Shown here: in pieces, positions 1 to 11,782 of the stretch
How positions within the stretch are numbered: the stretch's first letter is position 1
Layout: each line of letters begins with the position of its first letter
Source: Eledone cirrhosa
Lineage: Eukaryota
DNA length: 64,000 nucleotides
Direction of reading: 5' to 3'
NCBI GenBank assembly: GCA_964016885.1
Contig: OZ024745.1
Location: 42,966,001-43,030,000 of the forward strand
Translations under genes and position numbers: made by a program
The notes under the pieces: model-generated
What the model was told of the DNA's origin: nothing
What the model saw: the letters and a program-made list of their open reading frames with translations, nothing else
The model's database searches: none

Positions 1-3000
1 TGAAAATTTGAATTTTCTTTTGCTCAGAACACTCCCTGAAACAAGTATTACATGTGTAAAGTTTGAAAATAGTCGGTTAGGTGCTTCTCTAGTTTTAGGG
101 ATTCAAACTCACACACACAGGCAGACATCCTCAGTTTTATATATATAGATTATATATATAAGTAGATATGTCATTGACATTGTTAGCTCTTACACAATAC
201 TTTAATGAAGATAGATTTAACAAGTGGAGAACTCATTTTAGAAATCTATAAGAGGTCTATTGTGTGTGAGCTTTTGTGTGTGGGCGTTAAGTCTCTCATG
301 GAAAATTAAATGGAACAAAAATGAAAGCCAGCATTGCTCTTTAGCCCCAAGTTAGTGTAGCAGACCTATAATTAAAGGTGTTCTTTTTTATTCAGATACA
401 GTGTAAATAAAACGACATTATCTAATGTGTCCTTTCCTTTCTTGAAACACGGTAAAGTGAGAATATTTAGTGGCTATTTCTAGCAAATCGAGCGACCGCA
501 TAGAAGATTCCTCTGTGTTAACTGTTTAGTTTGTAGTTAAAATAATCAACAAAACACTGGAGCACTTATTCGCTTTTTCTTCCAGCAATAGGGTTAGGGG
601 CTGTTGAGTGTGGGACAAAACCACTACGTTTAAAATATAGGAGAGAAACTCGACGTTTAGAAAAAACAAATACGTAATATCTTTTTTACTTTTAATCCAA
701 AATTATTGAAAGTGAAAGAGTACTATCGTAAAACTTGTTAGTTAAAAAAATGTTTTGGAAAAAATAATGAAAAAATGTAATGTTAAAAACTATTACGATA
801 AAGAAAAGTGGCCGATCGGTAAATTTATAGAACACCCCACTCGATTTCAGTGAGAAAAACATTTTGGTATTATTATGGAACGTCCCTTTACGATCTGAGT
901 TCAAATCCCGCCGAGGTTGACTTTGCCTTTCATCCTTACGGGGTCGATAAAATAAAGTACCAGTAATGCACTGGTTAATTTGCTGGCCTTGTGCCTAAAG
1001 TAGAAACAATTATTATGGAACACCCCACTCGATTTCAGTGCGAAAAAATGTTTGGTATTGTTATAGAATCCCCCAGTCGATTTCAGTGTGAAAAAAAGTT
1101 TTTCCTGTGCTATTAACTAATCTAACCTCCAAGATTCTGGCTTTTTTTCCAGGAGAATCGAGGGGTTTTCCGGGGAAAAAGTCGATTGCAAGCATCTAAG
1201 AGGTCCAGAAAAAAACAAGGAAAAATAATTAGTTACCACCAAACGTGAAAGGTATGTAGATCTGCGAAACTCCAATGGTCTTTTTGCCCCGGTGAATCCT
1301 ACTTTTTCTACAAAACTAGTCGCTTCCGAATGGTTTGGAAAAAATAGAGAAAACTTTTTTTGCAACACCAAATTATTAAAGGATTTGCTTTGCAATTATG
1401 AAGACCAGGGTTCAATCCCTTTGCACAGCACCTTCAGCAAGTGTCTTCTACCATAATCTAAGGACAATCCAAGTTAGTAAAATTGGATAAATGAAAACTC
1501 TACAAATAATTCAGAGTTAGCTTTATCACACACTGTTTCAGGCTGATTTTGTTTAAGGGTTATATTTAGACTATACTAGCAGTGGTACCCGGCGTTGCAC
1601 GGGATAAGGTATTTTGGAACGCGGGCCGCCAACAGTGGGAAAACTGCATGCCTCGATAATATGTAAGGAAAATAAACCGAATACTCTGATGGCTGGATAA
1701 TCTTTAAGATTTTCTTCGATGAAGCAGGAAAAATGCAGGTTTTCACCTAATGCGGGCCCTAGGGGATCAAGAAAATGATTTTTTTTATGTGCACAATATG
1801 CCTTGAAATTTCGAGAAAATCGGCTAGACGTAACACCTCAAAAAAGCCCTAAAAAGCTGAAAAAATTAAGTTTTTCACCTAATGCAGGCAGCAGACATAC
1901 AGATATTATAAGGGCGCGACATTATATGTATCTATCTAAAAAGAGGAAGACTAAGAATTATAGAGAGAGATCGCTAAATCGCCTAATGCTATCCCTAGGG
2001 CATTGAAAATTTGAATTTTCTTTTGCTCAGAACACTCCCTGAAACAAGTATTACATGTGTAAAGTTTGAAAATAGTCGGTTGGGTGCTTCTCTAGTTTTA
2101 GAGATTCAAACTCACACACACAGACAGACATCCTCAGTTTTATATATATAGATTATATATATAAGTAGATATGTCATTGACATTGTTAGCTCTTACACAA
2201 TACTTTAATGAAGATAGATTTAACAAGTGGAGAACTCATTTTAGAAATCTATAAGAGGTCCATTGTGTGTGGGCGTTAAGTCTCTCATGGGAAATTAAAT
2301 GGAACAAAAATGAAAGCCAGCATTGCTCTTTAGCCCCAAGTTAGTGTAGCAGACCTATAATTAAAGGTGTTCTTTTTTATTCAGATACAGTGTAAATAAA
2401 ACGACATTATCTAATGTGTCCTTTCCTTTCTTGAAACACGGTAAAGTGAGAATATTTAGTGGCTATTTCTAGCAAATCGAGCGACCGCATAGAAGATTCC
2501 TCTGTGTTAACTGTTTAGTTTGTAGTTAAAATAATCAACAAAACACTGGAGCACTTATTCGCTTTTTCTTCCAGCAATAGGGTTAGGGGCTGTTGAGTGT
2601 GGGACAAAACCACTACGTTTAAAATATAGGAGAGAAACTCGACGTTTAGAAAAAACAAATACGTAATATCTTTTTTACTTTTAATCCAAAATTATTGAAA
2701 GTGAAAGAGTACTATCGTAAAACTTGTTAGCTAAAAAAATGTTTTAGAAAAAATAATGAAAAAATGTAATGTTAAAAACTATTACGATAAAGAAAAGTGG
2801 CCGATCGGTAAATTTATAGAACACCCCACTCGATTTCAGTGAGAAAAACATTTTGGTATTATTATGGAACGTCCCTTTACGATCTGAGTTCAAATCCCGC
2901 CGAGGTTGACTTTGCCTTTCATCCTTACGGGGTCGATAAAATAAAGTACCAGTAATGCACTGGTTAATTTGCTGGCCTTGTGCCTAAAGTAGAAACAATT

Positions 3001-3899
3001 ATTATGGAACACCCCACTCGATTTCAGTGCGAAAAAATGTTTGGTATTGTTATAGAATCCCCCAGTCGATTTCAGTGTGAAAAAAAGTTTTTCCTGTGCT
3101 ATCAACTAATCTAACCTCCAAGATTCTGGCTTTTTTTCCAGGAGAATCGAGGGGTTTTCCGGGGAAAAAGTCGATTGCAAGCATCTAAGAGGTCCAGAAA
3201 AAACAAGGAAAAATAATTTATTACCACCAAACGTGAAAGGTATGTAGATCTGCGAAACTCCAATGGTCTTTTTGCCCCCTTGAATCCTACTTTTTCTACA
3301 AAACTAGTCGCTTCCGAATGGTTTGGAAAAAATAGAGAAAACTTTTTTTGCAACACCAAATTATTAAAGGATTTGCTTTGCAATTATGAAGACCAGGGTT
3401 CTTCAGCAAGTGTCTTCTACCATAATCTAAGGACAATCCAAGTTAGTAAAATTGGATAAATGAAAACTCTACAAATAATTCAGAGTTAGCTTTATCACAC
3501 ACTGTTTCAGGCTGATTTTGTTTAAGGGTTATATTTAGACTATACTAGCAGTGGTACTCGGCGTTGCACGGGATAAGGTATTTTGGAACGCGGGCTGCCA
3601 ACAGTGGAAAAACTGCATGCCTCGATAATATGTAAGGAAAATAAACCGAATACTCTGATGGCTGGATAATCTTTAAGATTTTCCTCGATGAAGCAGGAAA
3701 AATGCAGGTTTTCACCTAATGCGGGCCCTAGGGGATCAAGAAAATGATTTTTTTATGTGCACAATATGCCTTGAAATTTCGAGAAAATCGGCTAGACGTA
3801 ACACCTCAAAAAAGCCCTAAAAAGCTGAAAAAATGAAGTTTTTCACCTAATGCGGGCAGCAGACAGACAGACATACAGGCAGATATTATAAGGGCGCGA
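1..3899. repeat. Tandem duplication with a ~2003 bp unit (1-2003 and 2004-3899)
   Basis: The sequence at position 1 recurs at 2004 and stays near-identical, with small indels, to ~3899. Confidence 0.95.
1576..2152 (-). mobile_element. Non-autonomous Helitron (partial copies at 1-149 and 3545-3899)
   Basis: Minus strand: 5'-TCTATATATATAAAA start, GC hairpin CCCGTGCAACGCCGGG near the end, CTAG-3' terminus, inserted between A and T without a TSD. Confidence 0.8.
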
Positions 3900-5661
3900 T
3901 TCTGGCTTTTTTTCCAGGAGAATCGAGGGGTTTTCCGGGGAAAAAGTCGATTGCAAAAATCTAAGAGGTCCAGAAAAAACAAGGAAAAATAATTAGTTAC
4001 CACCAAACGTGAAAGGTATGTAGATATGCGAAACTCCAATGGTCTTTTTGACCCCTTGAATCCTACTTTTTCTACAAAACTAGTCGCTTCCGAATGGTTT
4101 GGAAAAAATAGAGAAAACTCCGAGGGAGGCGGTGTTCGGGGAGGGGGGGGCATCCACCCCTCCGTTCTCCGGGAAAAAAGTCGATTGCCAGAATCTTGGA
4201 AGTTAGATTAGGTGATAGCACACGAAAATAAAAAACAGGAAAAAATGTATTTTTCCCCGCTGAAATCGAGTGGGGTGTTCTATATTTTTACCAAAACATG
4301 TGTTATAGCTGCTGTTCTCTAAAGACAAAGAAGCAATCGACGACAATAAAGTATATAAGAAATATATTGCGTGCCTCAAGATATGTTTCTATTCAGTGAC
4401 GTTGCTAGTTGGGGGGAGGGGGGTCGCCCAGATCAACACAAACACAACTACGCCACTTCTTCCTTTCTCTGTTGTAACTATATTTTCAGTTTCTAAGCTA
4501 ATATTAGTGAAAAGGTATGAACACCACATCCTCATCCTTTTACCTTAAACATCTGAGGTCTAGTTTGTAATTGAAAACATAGATCATATTAGTGAGCAAA
4601 ACATGAAATCTAGTAAATGGAAAACAGACATTCGCTGCTGCAGATTTTCTTTGTTTTGTCTTTATCGTTATTTTTTAATTTATTTCATTTTTTAATTAAA
4701 AGTTCTTTGGGCTGTTTCCAATGCCTTTCTAAATATGTTAGTCAAATTTTGAGGAATAAATTATCGTGAAGATGGTTAATGGTAAATGATTTTCAGTCGA
4801 TAAAAAATCGTTGAAGTACTAGAGTCAACCTATATTCCTCTTAAGCCTGCCAGATGTAAATGAAAGTCGAAATATTTAAATTAAATAAATAAACATAGAA
4901 GCAATGGACATGTTTACAGTATATTAGTGTTTACAGTATATTATAGTGATGATCTAACGGAAAATAATAAATGGAAGTTAATTGAAAAGCATGTATAAAA
5001 TGAAAACAGTATACTTAAAATTAAAATCGTTGAATTAAAGGAAATAATTAAAAATAAGATAAAATAATATTTACATTTTGGACAAGTAATGCAAGTTGTT
5101 ACACCGGCAGCTGGTGAGTAAATGTGCAGGTTCAATGTTAAGGTTGTCTCCCTTGTGAACGAGTCAATTATTTTTAAAAATCCAATCAAATTTAATACTT
5201 TACGAAATCAAATTTCTTTATATTATCAATATTGTTATCATATAACAAATATATAAGATTAAATAGAAATCCATAGATATAATTAATTAATTATTGCTAT
5301 GAACCATATAAATATAATTGTTTCTACTTTTGGCACAAGGCCAGCAATTATTTCAGTGCATTACTGGTACTTTATTTTATCGACCCCGTAAGGATGAAAG
5401 GCGAAGTTAACCTCGGCGGGATTTGAACTCAGGCCGTAAAGGGACGTAACTATGCTGGAAAGCATGGCGTCCGACTTTCTACCGATACTCCTGTGGTTAG
5501 AAAAAGCTACCTCACTTACCGCTTTTCACAGGCGCCGCTAGATCCCATGGCTGGTTTCTCCTCTTCCACGTGCGTACAATCCAACTCGTTAAAACCGGGA
5601 GCTGCAAAACTGACGTCCACCACGTTCCTGATCACCGCTAGAGAGAGGCCGACCTGCTGGC

Positions 5662-5725
5662 CCTTCCAGTCGAGCACCCTTCCGACCAAGCACCCTTCTG
5701 GTCAAGCACTCTTCCGGTCGAGCAC
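5662..5725. repeat. Four degenerate 16-bp tandem repeats (cttccrrycragcac-like)
   Basis: ccttccagtcgagcac / ccttccgaccaagcac / ccttctggtcaagcac / tcttccggtcgagcac. Confidence 0.8.
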
Positions 5726-5862
5726 TCCCCAGCTTCCGACCACCGCACACCACACCATACCCACAACTCCAATACACAAAAATATACAATCAAAGAGAAA
5801 AAGAAAACAAAAAGATCATCAATTCAACAGTAAGTGCATCAATCGGTTACACAGCACAAGGG

Positions 5863-8000
5863 TCATCGGAAACTTTTGAAGTAAGCCAACACACTCGCAG
5901 CATTACCGCGAGTGATGGCGAGGCTAAGGCACTGAAACAACCAAGTACTCTCACGGGCATCATCTGACGCCTCGGTAAAGCGAGCCGTTAACGCTGACAA
6001 GAACTTCGTTGTCAGAAATCCGGCTCCCCCAAATGTATCGAACGTCACAACCTGGAAGTAATGGTTTACCGAACGTCCCAGTACTTAAGAATTCTTTTCC
6101 GTTTCACTACAGAAGCTTCTAGGATGCGGGAGGAAGCAAAATAGTCACTGACTGTGGCGTCCAAAATAAGACATCTACCTCTTACTCAGAGACAAAGGGT
6201 AAGACCATCTGGTCTCTTCCCATCAATTCTGGATAATTTAGATGGCTCCAGAATTGAGAGGATATTTACCTGAGCTAAGGCCGCTTAATGATCTGGTTTA
6301 ACTCAATGTGGTGGGCGAAGCAACCAGCATTCTGGTGGCAAGACAAACCATGAAGGCCTGTTGAGTCGAGGGGCCTACCACAGTGACATCTCAGAACCCC
6401 ACAGACATCAGCTTTCACTCTGAGAAGACCACCAAAGTTGGCCACAGGCAGGGCGTCAACCAATAGCCCTGAGAATTTTGCGCTTGCAGAAAGAAAGCGA
6501 CATCTTGAAAATTGATCAGATTGATCAAAGAGAGCTAAAGTTATCACTCATATGCAGATTGTCCTAGACTCTGCTTCCATCCACCCTCATCTGTATCAGG
6601 AACTGACAAACCTAGCTCTCTCCACTGTAGTAGAGCTTCATCCATCTCCTGGGTGGAATTAGTCCATGTTGGAAAGGAATTGTTACCTACCCAAGGGGAG
6701 CAAGCGTGGGTGGCGGGAAAGAAAATAGAGAAGAGTTAGAGACAAGAATTTACACAGACCTAGACCCCGAAACAGTTTGGGCAAGGCAACTTGGTTATGG
6801 GACTCTGGAGAGAGTTTGATGTTGACCAAGCATTCAAGTTCATTGAAGAATAAGTTGTCAATCTGTTGGAGAGATAACAAAAATCTACAGGAGGGACTGA
6901 CTCTGAAGAAATACAATTAATAAGAAAAAACACCTTGGTGGGGGTTCAATTACCTCAAGGTTTTTTTTTATAGTTGTTTGAGGTTAGCCAACTTGGATCA
7001 AAAGATGGACTCGAAAGCTCAGTCAGTAATTGGGGCTCCAAGGGAGCACCAAGCTGATAAGGGAGGAAGGGACCATGATAGAGGAGAAGGAATCTGTAAA
7101 CAGGTCAACAGTCTGCTGATGTGAAGCTAGGTGGTTGAGGAGCCAGAACTCACATTTGGAACTGTTGGCATGAAAGCCCCTATGACCAAGATCCTCAATC
7201 ATGATAGTTGTAGTAACAAGGACCTTATCTGGAGGAAACTCCAAACAAGTATCAAGATAGCAGACATTCGAATCCAGGTCAGGTTCCATCTTGGTAACAT
7301 AATCGATACCCAGTGTGAATAGAGCAGGTCACCCTTTTGCACCCTTGAGGTAGATAGGATGAAATGGTCACCAAATGAGAGGTAGGAGGGCTCCCCATAG
7401 GCTTGTCAAGCAAAGTGGTAAAGCTGTGGGGCCCTCTACGTTACTGAACAGAGGTTGACATCCTGACAATGAGGATAACCTTTGTGGTCTCGGAAGGCAA
7501 GTTGGTAAAAGTTCCAGTGGCATGAGTGGTAGCTTCACAGCCCAGTTTGGTACCTACTCCTAGCTGAACGGGCAGTCAGAAACCAAGGAAAACACACTTT
7601 TGCTGTGAACCATCGCAGAGTACACCCAACTACCATTGTGCTTTGTAAGAATAAACAGTTTAGCTCCAAAGATCAGGAGCCAAATGTAGGGAGGGACACT
7701 CAGACGAGAACATGTTGACAAACTGGGTTAGGTTCTCCAAGAGCTCAAGATTGGCATCACCAGCTGACAAGGAGATACCATCCTTTAGATGCTGAGGCTA
7801 TCAATCCCTGCACCAGAGCCCACAGGAAAAGATACAATCACCTTCCTGATGTTGTCTGAGGTGAAAACTGGTTGTAAATAACCTGGTGATTCAGGTGAGT
7901 GTAAACAGTTTTCCAGAGGGACCAGAGAGTGTTTCTCCCTTGATCAATTCAGGGAATCTGTAATGCACTTGATGAGGAAGGACAGAGGAGAGGAGGTGAA
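5863..8000 (-). mobile_element. Decayed RLE-type non-LTR retrotransposon (CRE-like)
   Basis: Frameshifted fragments: QLGVGTKLGCEA, a YLD remnant, the CHCG..D..GLHGLSC zinc knuckle, RPDGLTL (PD motif of the restriction-like endonuclease), and a LSLAITRGNAASVL C-terminus. Confidence 0.75.
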
Positions 8001-10504
8001 CAGCAATTTTTAACCCCTATAATACTGAATCATCTGATATCTCCTCTATTTCCATAATACAATACTGTTTGTATATATCTAAAAACCTTCCATTGTAATT
8101 TTATGTAAGAACTTTTGTTAACTTATGTTCCCAACACCAGCTTAATGATAAAAAATATAGTTATATTACTAAATCCCTCCAAATTTTCGATTATATTCAA
8201 AATGATCTGGAAACCATAAGCAATATTATTTTTTAGTAGTTTGATAATGAAAAGATTAAAAATGTATACACATTTGAGAATGTATTTTTGCTATGTAAGA
8301 ATTAAGAAAAGATAAAGATATCTAGAAATCAAGTATCTACTGTTATGACTGTCAAAAGAATTTAATTACAACCAAAGTCATTCCTGATAATGAGCAATCT
8401 AGTCAGAAAGATAGATATACCAGTTTTCTCCCACTTGTCCACACTTTGAAATAAAATATTTTTTTAAAACCTAAAATCAGCTTTGCTGAAGCAGACCTAT
8501 GACCAAAAGTATTCCACTCATAAGCAGCCCATATTTTATTCAGACTTCATTATCTGATGTGTTCTGTTATTTTTAATATGGAAATAAGTTTTTAAGAAAA
8601 TTTTGCTGTTAATTCTAGCACCTATTATGACCATGTAGTTACTTATGTACAAAGGAGTTGGTAAAACTGAATTAGAACAGTTTATATATATATCAAACTA
8701 ATCTATTTCCCAAATGATATTGGAATGTTATGTTCAATTACTATTATACTATTAACCATTTCATTAACATATTTCTAATGAAAGTCACTGCCTATGATGT
8801 GCAAATAATTAAGAATTAGATAGGATTTTATTAATATAATGAACTTTCTCATTATTAAGCTGGTGCTTGGAACATAAAATCTCTTACATAAAATTATAAT
8901 GGAAGGTTTTTAGATAAATATGTCTGAATCTGTAACTCCTGATGGATTCGAAGGGGTACCTCAGGCATGTACAGGCCATTTTAAAACCTGGCAGAGCCCA
9001 TCCCCTCTCCAGGTCTGGACACAGCTGAATTCTTCCAGAGATTGAGAGGGAAGAAATGAGAAAGAAATATAGAAGAATGATCAACCACAGTACTGGACTA
9101 ATACCTTTTTTTTATTAACTTTGAAAGGATAAAAGGCAAAATTGACCTCAATGGTATTTAAACTCAGAGAGCTGGAATAAACACTGCAAAACATTATATC
9201 TAATGTTCTCAAAATATAAACACTTTAAAATAAAATTTTATATCATAGAACCAGGGGGAGTTTCAAGCAGTTTAGTATAAAAAAGGTTAATACTTTGGTC
9301 TTTGTTATGTTGATCTTTACAACTTTGAATTGTAATTTAACCTTCAATAATCTATGGATAAATTATTATTGTGAGTAGGTGTTTTTTTTTTTTGGGGGGG
9401 GGGGGGGGGGATATTTAATTAAAGGAGTAGAAACAGAGCCTGAGTCTCTTAAAGGCCCTCCCAAACTGGAATAGCTTATGTTGTAGATGTTCAACCTCAA
9501 CCCAGCAAGTTGATACCTGCATTAAAAATGGGACAGGGAAGAATTCCAGAGAACTTCATTTCTGAGAAGGAGTCATTAGAAAAAGTGTTTTGTGAGAACA
9601 AGTGGAAGAATGGCTGGTGAGAATTAGGTGAGCCAGAGTAAAAGTGGCATGTCAGCTTGGTAGTTGAAAAAAGTAGAAACGTGAGCAATGTATTGGCATT
9701 GAATCAGATGTTGGGAAGGCTTTTTTAATGTGATTTAACATACTTTGGGTGTAGCCGCATGCAATGAATTAGCAGGGTCATTAGAACGTCAGAGAGAATG
9801 TTATCTGGCTCTGCAGGGTCAAATCCCACCAAGGACAACTTAGTCTTTTATACTTTCAAGGTTGATATAAAAAAATTACATCAAACACTGGAATAGATTC
9901 TTCCTCTATATCTCTTTCTCACTCTGTCAGGTTTTATATACTCCAGTGTCAGGACAGCTTCCCTACACCATGCATGCATACATACATACATACATATGTA
10001 GTAGCAGTAACTGTTTCAGATATAATAACAGTGTAATCTGGTTAACATGTCAGTCTCTACCAATAGAGAGCCACAACTGATTAAAACTACAGTATTTTCT
10101 GGTCATAAGCAAGAAACCTAGTCTTAGTGTTGTAGTTTTGCTAATATTATACTTGTTATAATGCCATGAGATGAGAGACTGTGAGTTGGCATATATAACA
10201 ACTTTGTTTTAGCTGTATTTCACGTTATATATGAGAGATTATTACACCTGCCATTTATAGTAATCTACTTTTAGCTGTATTTTATTCATTTTATTATATC
10301 ATAAAAGATTATGACACCAAGCATCTATAGTAACTTTATTTTAGTTGTGTTCTTCATTCTGAGAAAGTGTGTAAGGATAAGACTGTTTCCTTGATGTGAG
10401 TAGTGTTTGTTTTGGTGCTGTTGAGAAGGACAACACAACAACATAAGTCAAAGAGAAGAAAATAAAAAGGAAATAATGAAATAAGTATGATTTTCGATAC
10501 CGAT

Positions 10505-10510
10505 TTTATT
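10505..10510 (-). terminator. Candidate SEC63 polyadenylation signal (AATAAA)
   Basis: Minus-strand AATAAA followed by a U-rich downstream tract, ~1.1 kb after the stop. Other AATAAA copies lie closer to the stop. Confidence 0.4.
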
Positions 10511-11644
10511 GGCTTTAAGTGAAGTTAACAGAGTATTACAGAAATTATGTACAGAAGTTTCAAAGTAGATTTAATCATTTTGGTCTGTTGAATATAAAAT
10601 ATGATTATTGAATGCTTGTTCTGGAAAACCTACTAGTTTTTTGTCCTGTAATTACCCATGTCACCTTTTAACAAAGGTAAACAGTGCATGCACCTAATGT
10701 TTCAGCAAATTTGGTAAAAATAAATTCGGAACAAAAATGTAATAATCATAAAATAAAAATATAGACATGTTTTAAGATAAGTAAAAAAAATTCCAATTTT
10801 GTGCTTAAATAAGTATTTAAATAATTACCTCATGGGAAATTATAGGAAAGCAAAAGAGAAAGTTGACACCACAATAGAGTTTTAAAAACAAACAAAAAAC
10901 ATGAAAAATTGACATTTAAACATTAATAAAGCTATAACATTCTTTAATCATTATTTAATAAAGAAATCATCATCATTATTATTAATATATTTTAGAATTT
11001 TTTTGTTTATTGGTAGAATCATTATTTTATTGGAGTTATGTAGAGTAGCATTATTTTTCTTAGTTTCAAGACTTGAAAATCTATAAATAACCTAAGGAAA
11101 AAAAAATATTTATCAATGTGTCTATTTTCATTGATTTTGCTTTTGTTTTGTCGTTTTTTAGGGGGCTTTTTTTTTCTTTTTTTTTTTTGTTACTATTTTC
11201 ATTTTTGAAACCAGAAACTAAAAGCTACATTGCTGCAATGAAATGATCCTGGAAAGGCTGAATAGCTTCAACAAGTAAAGGAATGTTTGTTCCAATCCTC
11301 ACATAATGGTTGCTGTATTAAATGCATTGATGCAGTTATTGTTAGTGTTGTTTTGGTTTAGATTTTTCATGTTTTATATTATTTCAGTAATGAAATAGAC
11401 TCATGAGAATTATAAGAATTCATCACATATGATGCATGAAGTATCACATATAAAAAAAAAAAAAGCATTGCTTTTTCTAAGAATTATTTCAGTAATATTC
11501 TTGGAAAATATACTGGAGTACAACAGTGATGAGACAAACAACTGAAATGTTAGGGGGGTACAAAAAAATAATCCCCTCGCCACAAAAAAGCCTGTAGTTA
11601 TTGATTTATATGACTGACATCAACACTTGTACATCCAAATATAT

Positions 11645-11782
11645 TTATTCAGAATCAGATTCTTCATTGTCTGTAGAGTAATCAGAATCACCACTAGCTT
11701 CTTCTTCTTTCTTGTCATCATCATCATCAGAAATCTCCCATTGTGGGTGGTCCTCGACTATCTTGGCTTGTTTTACATCCAG
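11645..11782 (-). CDS. SEC63: SEC63 exon 19 (terminal, acidic tail, TAA)
   Basis: LDVKQAKIVEDHPQWEISDDDDDKKEEEASGDSDYSTDNEESDSE*. Confidence 0.94.
   Translation of the reverse strand: MDVKQAKIVEDHPQWEISDDDDDKKEEEASGDSDYSTDNEESDSE

Noticed and set aside
692-4211. Repeated ORFs (MQSKSFNNLV..., 90-115 aa)
   Set aside because: They lie in duplicated MITE/Helitron DNA, frameshift between copies and show no recognisable domain
4946-5050. C/D-box snoRNA starting at GTGATGA
   Set aside because: No CTGA D box or terminal stem at a suitable distance
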